A DNA stretch of 63,117 bases, filler included, from Sphacelaria rigidula (taxonomy: Eukaryota), in assembly GCA_964200075.2 (NCBI GenBank). It is 9 parts of 9 records of this genome, joined end to end, with 100 filler letters (N's around TTAATTAATTAA, not from the genome) between each part and the next. Parts side by side here need not be neighbours in the genome. Positions count along the whole stretch, not along the records: positions 21,076 to 27,999 come from CAXNAA020017376.1; positions 28,100 to 35,023 come from CAXNAA020017377.1; positions 35,124 to 42,047 come from CAXNAA020017378.1; 6 more parts are not named here. One strand, 5' to 3'. This document shows, in pieces, positions 23,521 through 36,251 of this stretch. The notes under the pieces were generated by a model that was not told the DNA's origin, searched no databases, and saw only the letters and a program-made list of their open reading frames with translations. A program made the translations under genes and the position numbers. Numbering within the stretch: the stretch's first letter is position 1; every line of letters starts with the position of its first letter.

Positions 23521-26500
23521 ATTGACTAATTGTCCGCTATAAAACATTGTTTAACGTATATCGTACCGGATGGGTAGACATCATTAGCGTTGACCGTGCC
23601 ACGACTGCATGTGGCATGGAATGTACGAAGTTTCAGATTTCCACAAGCGGTAGCCTATACACTGGTGCGCCGCTGCGAGAGTCTTCGTAGTAGACGCAGC
23701 AGACGGACGATAACTCACACTCAGAACCTGCCGCGACATACTGGAATGTGTGTGTGTGTGTGTGTGTTTCGTCCCTCGATTGATTTTGACGTAAAAAATT
23801 TCATCGGCTCATATGACGATTTTGTCGTGCTTCGTGCTGTCATGCCCTACACACCCAACATCTGTACAGCCCACAATTCAGCACACGATGCGACGATCGG
23901 AGTCAGCTTTCTTTCAAACCGTATTGACGCACTTATGGGAGCAGCATATCAAGTATTGGGGGGAATGGCATGAAAGCCGTCCGTCATGCTGCCGTCGTTG
24001 ATATCTGCAGGTTTCTCAGCGATTTCCCAATATTTCCACGTCATGCTCACATTCCTTCTTCATGTCTACACGAGTTTTCCTCAAGAAGCCATTTTCGAAA
24101 CCTCGGAGCCAAGCGAATCAGAAACGTCGGCTAGACGCCTTCCGGTGGGATGATGCACGATGTTCAACACACGTGATGACGACTTTAATATTCCCTGTTT
24201 GGGGGCGAAAAAATGGGTAAAGTATCCTACGACTGAAACAAACACAACGAATTCAACAACAAAAGCGAGAACCGGTCTGAGAGAAACGATTTCAGCACCC
24301 GTGATTCTTGGAGAGAGCTTGTTGAGAAAAGTTCATTCATTGCCCAAACTTTACGCCGAGTCGTTTCTCTCGCATCAGACGAAGTAAGTGTTCTGCGTTT
24401 TGGACGAGGGATCTGAGAGTGCCCTCTTCGATTAGTTAGTTCAGGTACGAGCCATGCCAGTAGTAAATCCCGCATTCGCTTCCCCCACCATAACTTCTCA
24501 AGTTTTCAAAATCAGCGCGACTTGGGCATATCCCCGTGAACTGCATTGGCGCAGTATTGTCGATGATGTCATTGTACTGCATTGAGTATCGGGTACGTCT
24601 CTTGTCGTTGCGTGACAGCGTGTCTGGAGACTGGAGACGTTTCGTTTCACAAAATGCGGTAGAATTACGATAGACAGATGCGCCGCATAGGCACACGCGC
24701 ACCCGATATGCGCAGGCAACTGCACACTGGTAGTGCTGCACGATGGCATCAAGCTCGTCAACAGCTCCATCATGGGAGAGAATCTCCAAGCCGACTGTCG
24801 CAGCGCGTGCACACAGTTTAGTACAGTACAGTGTAGTACGCCTCTCCGACTGCAGCTGCAGCTGCCGCGGCGTACTCCCTTGCACGTTCTGGGCAATTCT
24901 CAGCTACCGAGATCAACTGCCTATATACCGCTCCTTCATCAACGCCCACTACATACATGTTAACTGCACACTGCGCGTCATCAGCAAAAGGTTCAGCAGA
25001 ATTGATGACGGTAGCTCCTTTTGTATTTCCACGGTCCACCTGGGTTTAGTGCCCCGTGAAAATGACCACATTGTAGCATGTACACTCCTTCCCGGTTTTT
25101 CCGGTCGACCCTGTGTTAGTGTAATTACTACGTTTTAGTACAAAGTTGTGACCCAAAAAAAACACCAGAAAACTCGGGAACGCTGTACTGAGTGCAAGTA
25201 ATATCATATTACCAAGTTCCGACCGCCCTGCACTTGAAAACCTAGGAAATCTTATCTGGGCCAGGGATAGGGCCCCCACACGATCTTTGCAGTGGCATCA
25301 CACTCGCCAACAATCCCCGCGCTAGTCGTTCGGACCTGGTCCATAAATTTCGCCTCGTCGTGATTAGGCAGGTCGCTTGAAGACTTGTTTTTATTTATTT
25401 CACCAACACAGGGTCAACCCTTTGTTAGTGGGGGGCCGGTCCCGAAAGGGTTGATGACGTGTTGTGCTGTTTTCGCGTTTCTGGTCATTTTTCATACCTT
25501 TCTCAGGCAACCAACGAGAAGTTACACCTTTTCTGGGCCATTGCCCATTTTAATACTTGATTTCAAGGTTACTATCGATATTCGGATCTGTACTGAGGCT
25601 GAACGTATCAAGTGCTCCGTGCTTGCGCAGAACGCGTCTTCATCCAAATCGGCGCTATAGGCGCCGATTTTAGGTGTGCCAACGCAAACTTTGCCTAGAT
25701 AGGGCGCCCTGTGCACCCCGGTGCCCGAGGGTTCTCGGTATGACTTTGTTTGGGGTAAGGGTTGGGGGGTTGGTTCACCACTTGGTATGTATGAAAATTT
25801 CTCGGGAATATGTTATTATGACCTCTGTATGACCCGACCCGCTTACTAATAACCCCGGGCTAGTCAACCCGGACCGTCTTCCCGGGCCTGTCACCCTGGG
25901 ACTGTTCATCATCCAACCCCCAGTCTGGGATCGTCATTCTCCCGTCTTGGGAGGCTCCCCCCTGGGTGCCTGCCCTTCTCCGACACTCTGTATCTGAGCC
26001 CAAACCGACTTGCAAAGTTCGTCCTGTTCAAGTTCACGTCGCGGCTCCGCACACTCCGTGCACTTTCACCGATTGAGAAGCTACAACCTTCACACACACA
26101 CACCGTCCAGGTAGGATAAGTCACACTCAGTGTTTGACTGTGTCTTATAAATATAATATTCCGATTAACTCTGATCCTCACCCTCACCCTCACCCCAACG
26201 AAGGCATACCGAGAACCCTCGGGCATGAGGGGTGCAAAGTGTGTGTTCTTTACGCAGAGTGTGCGTTACAAGATCTTAAATCGGCGCCTACAGCGTCGAT
26301 TTCGACGAAAACGCGTTCTGCGCACGCCAGTATCACAGCTTCCCCTGAAGATCCGGATTTCGGTGTCGACACCAAAACCAAGTCAGAAATTACGGTTGTT
26401 CGAAATCATGAGTTTCCGAGAAAGTTTCTTGTCGACGAAGTGATAATACTGTAGAAAGTTTCGGAAAAAGTTTTTTCGTCCTTTCGCAGTGAATATATCT

Positions 26501-27713
26501 CAGGATCAGAGTGCAGAATAAAACAAAAACACTCCATCGAAAAATCGTTAAGGGGATACCACATTTGACGGAGGGGGGACATAACTTTTCGTTGCATTCT
26601 GGTCCTGAGATATTTTTGCAATCTGAAATGACAAAAAAGCGTTTTCCGAAACTCTCTAATATCCTAGATAGAGGGGACCTCCTAGTATCCTAAGCATCTT
26701 TGAAAACGTATCGCCCATCGATGTTCATTTATTCGGGGGGGAAGGCGGAAGGGGGTGGTGGTGATTTCCAATTTGTTGCTTGCCTTGGTCGTCTCATCTT
26801 GGACCACGTATCCCTCTTGAAAACTGCTGTTTGGGCCTTCGTCGTTTTACGCCTGGAAAGAGGGACATATTTTGATTACTCGACCGTTTGTTATCGAAAA
26901 TGCAACTTTGGTCAACAAAATAAAACTGCGGCCAGCGGGAAACGCAAGGTTGCCCTGGGACGTTTTGAACGAGTAGAGTAAGTCGTTCTAAGGTGTCAAC
27001 ATCCGCCTAGCTCTCTTTATGATCTTCACTCATTGATTGATTGATTGAGTATCTCACATTATTCACTGATTGCAACAATCCAGCCCGTGGTCACGAGCAA
27101 CAAAAAAAATAGTGAGAAGAAGAAAGAAAGAAAGAACGAATCAAACAGAAAAAGACAGAGGCAACAGCCACAGAAAGAAAAAAAAGAGAGGAAGCGGCGA
27201 CAATAACAACAGTAACAGCGCCACTTCACTCCGAACCAGTCATTGATCATGCTCCATACATGCCAAGAGCCGGACGAATAAATGAATGATTCGTCTTGAA
27301 GATACTTGATTTTAGTATGATTGATTCGTACCGCACGAATCCATCCTTGGGTTTTGTTTTCAGCGTGGCAACCCAGGTAAGCGCAGCCCAGGCACGTGGG
27401 ATGGCGCAAGAATTGCGTGGAGAGACTTTTTTGTCCAGCAGTCAACTTTCTTTCTCTCTTTCGAGCAACCACCCACGCCTGAAAAACCGTGGATTTGGTG
27501 ATTTGAACCGGCGATGATTCGTGCGAACCGTGATACATACCGAGGCCGAGGCCTGTGGGTCTGTGACAGCTTGATGATGTCACTGTACCACTGAGCCACG
27601 ATAATTCAACGTCAACACGCGGGTGATTGCCATCCAGTAGAGTTAACGCGAAAGAGTCGACAATCGGCAAATTCCGTGGTTCGAAAGGTACTTGGTATCA
27701 GATCAACTCCTAA

Positions 27714-27960
27714 CCCTTCGACCGCGAGGAGATCAGTCTATCCGGATCATACTTTTTCCTAGTGAAATTGATGCCGATTCAACGAATGACATCATTTCGT
27801 CGTGTAAGGGGTTAACACTTCGACCGCGGTGCAGGTAGTCCATCTTGATCATGCATCTTTTTTTCAGATGAATACTGTCAAAGGGTCAACCCTTGGACCA
27901 CGATGCGGGTAGTCCATCTGGATCACGCATACTTCTTTCGAGTGAATTTGATGCCGATTC
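27714..27960 (+). mobile_element. Head-to-tail array of three family C (piggyBac-type) MITE copies
   Basis: Units 27714-27811, 27816-27885 and 27890-~27960, separated by single TTAA / TCAA tetramers. Confidence 0.7.
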
Positions 27961-29537
27961 AGTGACCCTTTGACAGTATTCATCTGAAAAAAAGATGCAN
28001 NNNNNNNNNNNNNNNNNNNNNNNNNNNNNNNNNNNNNNNNNNNTTAATTAATTAANNNNNNNNNNNNNNNNNNNNNNNNNNNNNNNNNNNNNNNNNNNNC
28101 ACAGATGGGAAGTTAGCGAGCATAAGATTTTGAGCCTTGAGAATAACAACACAAATCCTTTTTTTCATGTTCGAGCTGGCAGTGGGAAGTCACGCAGACG
28201 CGACCACGCGACGGGCAGTGAGAGATAAGAGAGGGTGCGACATCATGTTACTGTTGTACTGCTGACTATATTCTGCGTTGGTTGTGCTGGCTCCGATTGA
28301 AAGTGTGATCCAAGTCACCACGGTCGGGGTGGTTATGCGGCACAGGCCAGCCGCACGTGTTTTGCCATTATCCGAGGGTGCCGATGGTGCACCCGGGTGC
28401 ACATCTAATTTTTTCGGGTTTCAAGTTAACCGGGTCCAAGGTTGAGTCTTTCCTGGGCTGTCTCCAAAGTGAGTGGACCTCCTATCTAGCCTTGATGAAT
28501 CGTGGGTGTATTGTGCTGGAGTCCGACGTTCGAACATCACGTCTGTGATCCTCCATCGACAAATAGTGCCTAGGTGGTGAGATGGCTCGTTCTTGTGGCC
28601 ACTCCAGGATTTGTTTTGCCTGAGTTCATTTTTTTGCTTTCTTCATCCTCGCTGATTATTTCCGCTTGGCCGCGCACCTGCCAGCCTCTGAGAAAAAGAC
28701 ACTAGACAAGCTCTTGGTCACAAATCGCTCAAGTAGTACACTTTTCACGTCCCCCCCCCCCCTCCCCCCCCGTTTTACTCTGGTCAATGGTCATACGACT
28801 AAGGCAAGCAACAAATGAGTACGCCCCCGTTATACTCATAGGGCAATAACTGCAGAACAGATGGGAAGTAAGACGACTCCCCACGACGTGCCAACGCTTT
28901 CATCACCCCCCACCCCCACTTCTCTATGCAGGGCTATCCCCGACTAAACGGCATCAAGCCAAATACACACAATAGCCTACAACACGTGATGATCCTGTGA
29001 TTTGTTGCCCAACCTCAAGAGCCCCCTGCCACAAAATATCAACTCCTACAAGACAAGCTACCGTAATATCCATGGAACGTTAGAGCCATCCCGCATTGCG
29101 GCTAGGAGTTCTCCCGAACAGCCCAGCACTGCTGGTGAGGCTCATCTCGCTGCCCTGTTGGAATTGAACGTGAGAATAAAAAAAAACAGGAAAGAGTGCG
29201 CAAAAGTGACAATCGAAGGGAGAAAATAACATGACTCAGAAGCAGCGTTTTGCACATGTGCTCAAGCTGTTCACTCCAAAAATGAATATCAGCGAAGCGT
29301 TCTGTGCAGACTCCACGCACGGTGCTCATGCTCCATACTCCCACCATTGTTTGCCCCCACAACCAGACCATTTTCAGGCCATGTCGGGTGCCACGCACAC
29401 GCGACCATGCTCCAGCATTGTTTACAGGGGGTACTACAAAATAAAAACACGCAACACACGCACTGTTGAAAAAAAAGCAAGGAATTTTTTTTCAACCTAT
29501 TTCGGTCCAACCGCTGCGACACAGGCATCTCTGAGTC

Positions 29538-32500
29538 TCATTTTACCTGGCGCGCTAACGCTCCGTGACCACCATTGCCAATCGGCGAACCCCACGCCCC
29601 CCCAACCCCACCGCCGCCCCCTCCAACACCACGCCTCCCGTTAGTCAAGCTGCGCCCGCCCGCGAAAGCTCGGCCCTTGGGAGTGACGGCATCCCTCTCT
29701 CGTTGTGTCGCGGCTTTAGTTTCTTGCAGCCAGTTTTCAATCATGCCTCTGACGTGCTTGACAAATTCTTGATGCATGGATATCGGTGCGCGGCCATTTT
29801 CGCCGTGCTCCTGTGTGGAGTGCACACACCGAGATAATAATAATAAAAAAAAACATCAGGATGTGCTTGTACGAATCAGAAGTGTTCAAAGTCGTCAGAA
29901 TTTTCATAATTGTGTACGAAACGTTGGACGGCGTTTTGATCTGCGCATAAATCAGGCCGTCGGGTATGCCCACGTACACCACGTACGTGCCGACATCGAC
30001 TCAAGACCGCTCATTTTGCCTCGAGCAAAACGCCGATGTATCCCTAGTAAAAACACTTCAAGGCATCATTTTGAATGATAATATCAACATATCTGACTCT
30101 TGAAGAATCGCGAGGGTGGTGCACAGCACCGCCCCCTCCCTCTTTCACAAAAACACTCCGCATCGTTTCTGTGCACCACTGCCAATACCATCACCTCCTT
30201 TTCCACCAACACAACGCAACCTTCCCGCAAGCTTTCATCGACCCGCCTGCTCTCACCAGACTGTCCCAGAGAGCCGAACGCTCATCCAGCCGGACCTCGA
30301 AAAGGTCGAGCAGCTCGCTATGAATCCTCTTGCGCTCATTCTCTGGCACGGCGTGTCCTCCTTCCTCGTGCGCGACTGCATTCACCACAAGCATCCAGAG
30401 AGAGGTTTCAGCAATGTAGCCCAGCTGTCCAAGGCGCCAGCGCCGAATGTTCCGCTCGTCGTTGGAGATTACGCCACCTGCTCCTAGCGGGGAGTCCTGC
30501 TCGTTCAGAATAACCGTACAACATGAAATGCATGCAAAAAATCAGAACAAAACCGAGGAATGATCGCGGACTGGAAATTGGTGACTGCATCAGCCTAAGC
30601 AAACAAGAAGGAAAAGGAGGGCTCTCCGCCAACACTGCAATACACAGCGGTGTGTAGGGACAAAATTCACCGAAACAAGCCGCGGTAGCATGTTTCTCGT
30701 CGCCGTCACTTCCAAAACATGAGACACATGTGCCTTCTCGTCCGACCAGCACACCCCAAATACAAAAGCAACTCAAGTGCATGCCCACTCGATTCGCCCA
30801 CCTCTTCTTTGGACACGCACTCCATTCGGTGTACGTAGTACCTCACCAATCCCACCAAATGCCCCAGGCTAGGGTCAGCATAGAACCCTTCAAACTTCAC
30901 CCCACCATCACTGCCACCGTCCCCAGCCCCCACCCCCCTTCCCACAGCACTGGAAATCCCGCCGCTGCCGCTGCTACCACCGCCGGCAACGGCTTGCAGA
31001 GAGGAGTGGGGGGGATGCTGGTGCTGTAAGTGAGGGAGCGAAGCGAGGGCTTGGTAGTCGAAGATGGGAATGCACGCGCCTGGGTCCCTGTTTTTGTTGA
31101 CGATTCAAGGGTGGGAGGGGAACACACCGAGAGACGGTTGAGGCGTCAACAAAACCCCAACCTACGCTGTCCTCGAAATGAATTTACCAGAGACGGGACT
31201 TCGCTGCGCGGTTTAGAAGGGAGTGCTTAGGAGTGCAAAATTTTACCAGCGCATCGCGGGCAAATCAAGGGGGCGCGTTCAGCTTGTCCCACAGGGGATG
31301 GAGACGGCAGTCAAGGTTAATTATTACAAGGTATCGAGCACGCTGCCGGGAGTAGGTGACTGGACGCGGGCACAAAATACGATAGTCAATCCATTGACGC
31401 CGTCAGCATCCAGGGAGTTATGGTATAACATGAATTTACGGGTACATCATTTCACCACATCATCTCGACGGAACACTCGAGAAGGACGCTTTTTGTCAAA
31501 ACGGAAATATGCAAATCGTTGAACAATAGGAAAGTAACCTACAGTACCTGATGGAAGTAACGCTGTCCCAAGGCACCAGCTCTTCTCGTACACTCGCACC
31601 CCCGCCAGCCGCTCCTCCACCATCACCACCCGCATCGAAGCGAGCGATGTACCCCTTGCTTCTTGAATCGCGTCCCAGCACCATCCCCCTCCTCGTCACC
31701 ACAGCATCGTCGTGGCTACCGCTGGATGAGGTGATACCATCAGCGGCTCTTGTGCCCGCACCCGGACGACCCACTCTGCAGTTGCCGTTTTGTTATTGGG
31801 GAGGAGGGGAGTGCAGGAACGAGAGACCAGGGTTAGTTGAGTTGGCACCCGATGTCATGAGGGATTGGAACATGCTTTTTCTCCCCACCCGCCTTCCCCA
31901 ACTCAATGTCGGCGTGCAATATGATTTACCACCGTATCGGACACCACAGCTCAATAAGCTATTTCAGTCAGGCATTAATTTTGACTCTCTCGGGTAAAAT
32001 ACGAACATTACAAGAAAAGAAAAAAAATCGCGTGGTCAAAAAATGGGTCGAGAAAGAATTCCATGTTCCCGTCTCATCGCTGACAAGGGCGCTCATAATG
32101 TCGCGTACACGCCACGATCAAATTCAGGTAATAAGAAACAGCCTCTGGCGAAGAGCTCCTGCGGGTGCACCTCTTGTGGTATTCACGGTGCACCTCTGTG
32201 TGCACCAGAATAGCATGACCGCAACCTTACCTCCATTCTATCCACGCGCCAATGGGAGCCTCGATGCGAGTCTTGTCGCTGCTGTCCAGACGAACGACCA
32301 TATCCTTCGGTTGGGGAGACACCAGCCTGCCAGCAATGAGCACGCCAATGGGTGACGCCGACAGGGGGGGCAGCTGTGGCGGAGCGTCCATGCATGACTC
32401 GGGAGAACACAGGTACTGTCACCAAGTAGCACAACCCAACCTTACCCGAGTCATGAAGCACTACTGCTCTTGGAAGATAACTCCAGCGAACGACGACACG

Positions 32501-34216
32501 TCTGCACCTTGGCACAGCATAGTTTGAAAGTGTGACCACCTCACAGCTCAAGTACCGTGCGCAGAACTAGAGGGCAAAGATGTGCAGTCCACTATAGATA
32601 GAGACAGAGCAATATAGTGGATGAGAACGATCGAGGCCAAGTGATGATGGGGGAGACGTCACAATGACGGAATCAGACACAGAAAACACAAGACCGAAAT
32701 AAACACATTAATGAGCCTACCTCAGTATCCCCATGGCCAACACTAAAAACGCGGTCAATCCGTCCTCCACTCGGACACACAATCCGTTTTCCGCAGCCCC
32801 AGCGACTCCAGCGCCGACAACGCCACCACCGCCGCCATCCCTTGGAGTTATCGCACCAGAACCCGCACCCCGTAAGGGAGTATACACCCCTCCTCGAACG
32901 GGGGTAGGTGTGGCCATGGTCATCGCACAAGAACCGGTGCTACTACCCCCCCCTCCTGCCCCGCCGGTGGAGACCGCATCGAACGCGAACACCCCCGCAC
33001 AGCTCTCCATAAGCTTCTCATCTTGGGTAACCGCCACGACACAACTCTTGATCAGTTCGAACGGGTGCACAACGGCGCCCACCGCACCTACGGCACTCGC
33101 CACGCCCACACCGCCCGCGCTACCCGCCACCCTGGATGGCGTCAGTGCGCTCATCGGCCTAGGTGTCGGCGTCGCTGGATTCATCGGAGTGAAGGTGGAG
33201 GTGGCGACGGCAGTCGGGGATGAGCCCGCAGGGCCCGTGGGGGATGACCAGCCGCCTCCTGGAGTGGGGGTTTGTCCACCGGCGCTAGCGCCTGTCGTGA
33301 GCTTTGTTGCGCCTGGACCGGCTGCGGGTACGAGAAGCACGGCTGCTGTTCTGGTGGCTTGTCTCACGGCCTGTAGTGAAGAGTAATATGACGAGTTTAG
33401 TTGAAACATGGTGGAAACATTTCAAGTATTTCACATCCTGGACAACATGTGCTCAAAAGTACTCAAAAGTTGCAAGAGAAAAAAGTGTATCGCGTCAAGT
33501 GTACAGCCTATTGCCACTATTGACCACATATTGTCGAGGGTGTCAAGTCTTTTCGTGCGATATCTGCTCGCGTTATTATTGCTGCAGGGCAGCATGTCAG
33601 CATCAAAATATAAACCAAGTGGGCATCGTAACGATCGAGGTCCACCGCAGGTACGGACGACGATAAGACCTGCTTTCAAAAGGGCAAAAATAACTCATGC
33701 TGCACTCACATACGTACGGAATCGATCAGCGACGCGTAGCCGAACACAGTCGACCCAACATATCCTCATCCCCGCCCCTACACACACACACGAACACACC
33801 TCGAGAAGGCTAGTAGACGCATCTGGCTGCTCAGCTCTCCAACGCGTCATCCACGGGCCAAGCGCCGCGACAACGGCCACTGCGTCCAGCCTTTCCTGCA
33901 GAAGGAACAAAGTCACCAGCCCTGGGCCCCCCACACCGGCACCTCCGCCGACCCCATCGCTCGTCGCAATCCCCGGTATGACAGCGGATGAAAACGAGCA
34001 AAGACCTTCAGCCATAGTGCGTGAAAAAGTCTTGACAAATCCGAAAACCTGCCGCAGTCCAACATTCTCGGCGATGCTGTCGCTAGGAAGAGGGCCCGGG
34101 GCGGAGGGGCGCTTGATTCGGCGGGCAATGTCAGATGCCGTACGGAGGGCCAGCAGGTAGCACCGCCAGTGAGCCGAGCGCTCGGAGAGGTTGGTATATC
34201 CGCGTGGGACGGATGT
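29538..34216 (-). CDS. NUP188: Nucleoporin Nup188-like protein, C-terminal ~729 aa (5' part missing from the contig). Exons 34216-33800, 33370-32721, 32326-32231, 31775-31548, 31087-30802, 30496-30257, 29810-29538
   Basis: Seven exons with GT-AG boundaries splice into one open frame (417+650+96+228+286+240+273 = 2190 nt). The motif order recalls the Nup188 C-terminus: HWRCYLLAL, LRQVFGFV, LLQERLDAVAVVAALGPWMTRW, ILRLVSP, PSLGHLVGLV, YIAETSLWMLV..ERKRIHSEL, EFVKHVR. The family call is from recalled similarity; the paralog Nup205 is not fully excluded. Confidence 0.72.
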
Positions 34217-34959
34217 CTGGGGGGATTGTGACGCACGGCAAAACGGGGGAGTAGAAGGGGGGGGGGGGAGTGTTGACGCATCCGTGAGCATAATCATAAA
34301 TGGAAAATGGCGGGCACGACAAGTACAGGAGGCTGTCCCCGAGATAGAAGAGTCGCGTCTTCCGAGACACATATGCAGTTGTACCGCTTGCTAACTATTT
34401 CGGTACGACATGCAATGGAAGCGGAGCTCGGTGAAAAATGAACCATCATATCGTTGACAACTCCACGTCTACAACATGACTGCACGTGCTGCGCTGTTGG
34501 TGGAGTATGTATGATCGGCAGCGGGTTGATGTGGGGTGGGGAGTGGTACACAAAAATGTGTCAACCTTCTACATTTTGAAGCGTGATGAAAAACGCCGGA
34601 CTTGCTGTCAAAGAAAGTTATGTATCCAAGGGCTGAAGGGGGGAAATCGTCCGGTGATCACTTCCCTAATGGACCGGACCAAGACAAAAAATGTGCGATC
34701 GTAGTACACGAAAGACGGGCCGCAATGAAAAAACAAAGGCTAGAAACATCTCTTTTCCGGTCGAAGGTACAGTGATGAGGTGGTCCCCAGGCGCTCCCAC
34801 CCCCAAAATATCATTTGTTCCCGCTCACGGTACGATAGCAGTAGCTGGTTGCCATTGACCTACATTCGCACACCTCCAACGTCGTAATATCAGGATGGCA
34901 TCATGCTGCCCGAGGGAAATTACACTTTTTCTTCCGTATTTTCATGTCGTGCACCGGTC

Positions 34960-35023
34960 GCCCCGGCGGCTCAGTTGGTCACCTCATAACCTTCTGATGG
35001 TTGAGTAGGGGGGTTCGATTCCC
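34960..35023 (+). mobile_element. tRNA-derived Pol III head (SINE-like), cut by the contig end
   Basis: GCCCCGG start, A-box-like GGCTCAGTTGG, B-box GGTTCGATTCCC. Confidence 0.55.
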
Positions 35024-36251
35024 NNNNNNNNNNNNNNNNNNNNNNNNNNNNNNNNNNNNNNNNNNNNTTAATTAATTAANNNNNNNNNNNNNNNNNNNNN
35101 NNNNNNNNNNNNNNNNNNNNNNNGCCCGGGACCGGGGGGGCGTGGGGGGCGCGGGGTCTGGGGGGGCGGGGGGTGGGGGGGGGGGGGGGGGGGGGGGCGT
35201 ACCCATTCGTTGCTTGCTCGGTTATTTGACCATTGATCATTTGAAAACGTGCGAGCAAGGTCTTGAAAACTGGGTCAGGACGTCCGGAGGACATAGATTT
35301 TTGCCCGTTCAGCTAAGCAATCGACTTGCTCGCGACGGGGGAGAGATGAATGATTTTCCACAAAAGGGCACCAGTATGTGTTTGCCTTGCGATCTTTTTG
35401 CTCGGATAATGTGCGTATGTGTCCCCCCGTGGGGTGTATCCGAGACTATTGGGGAGAGAATACGTGACCCTTCGCGTCGTTCTAGCACATCCCTGCGCAA
35501 TCGTGTGTATGGCATGGCATGGCGTGCTGTTGAACAATCGTGGGCTAAAACGCGTCTTCGCTTACTTCGATCGCCCGTACAGTACCCCCGACATGTTTTA
35601 TGGGGGGGGGGGGGGATGTTGCTCATGCCCAATTAGTATAGTTCAAAATAGCTGAGCCGCAATCTGCTCCCACGACCCTTCTCCTGTTTGTTTTGTGTAC
35701 AGGTGTGTGTGCTTTTTTTGCGGGGTCTTTTTCACCTGAAGCCATGCTGCAGTGGCTGTCCATTTCTGGTTTTATTTCATTTTTAATTTGTTTGTTTCTC
35801 ACTGGGGACGGGAATTTTCTTCTTCTTTCTTTTTCTTTTTTCCCTGTTCTTCTGCTTTACTTTCCCTTTCTTTTTTGCTTAGTTCTATTTTTATTTTTCA
35901 CTTTATTCTGTCTATCTTTTCGCTTTGCCCACGATTTTCTCTTCCTTCAGCGAGTATTTCCGTTTCGTTTACCTTGGGCACGTCTATGTCGTGGATAATG
36001 ACCATGACTGGATCCCTTGGGGATCAATTAGTGCGCGACGATCATTCAATCGATCGACGTCGGGGTTGCTGCCGCGTGGTCCTTCACATTGCCAGTAAAG
36101 AAAAAAGCCCGCATTTTTCCCCCCATAAGTATTCCTTCGCCCGCGCTCTCACAAATACTTCCATGCCGCCATGTTTCATCTATACTGTATGTACTACCGA
36201 CGAAAAGCTTCAAGTACGAGCACTACGGTATTTTTTTTTCTAAAAAAGCAG

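Noticed and set aside
24436..25039. Minus-strand coding-like fragments (EILSHDGAVDELDAIVQHYQC; WALMKERY)
   Set aside because: Too short and broken to assign; a transposase resemblance could not be supported.
27963..27999. Perfect 37-bp inverted copy of 27852-27888
   Set aside because: It lies exactly at a contig end and is identical while neighbouring repeats are diverged, so it is probably a chimeric read or assembly artefact.
32733..34160. Long plus-strand ORFs (217 aa and 250 aa)
   Set aside because: Antisense shadows of the GC-rich Nup188-like exons.
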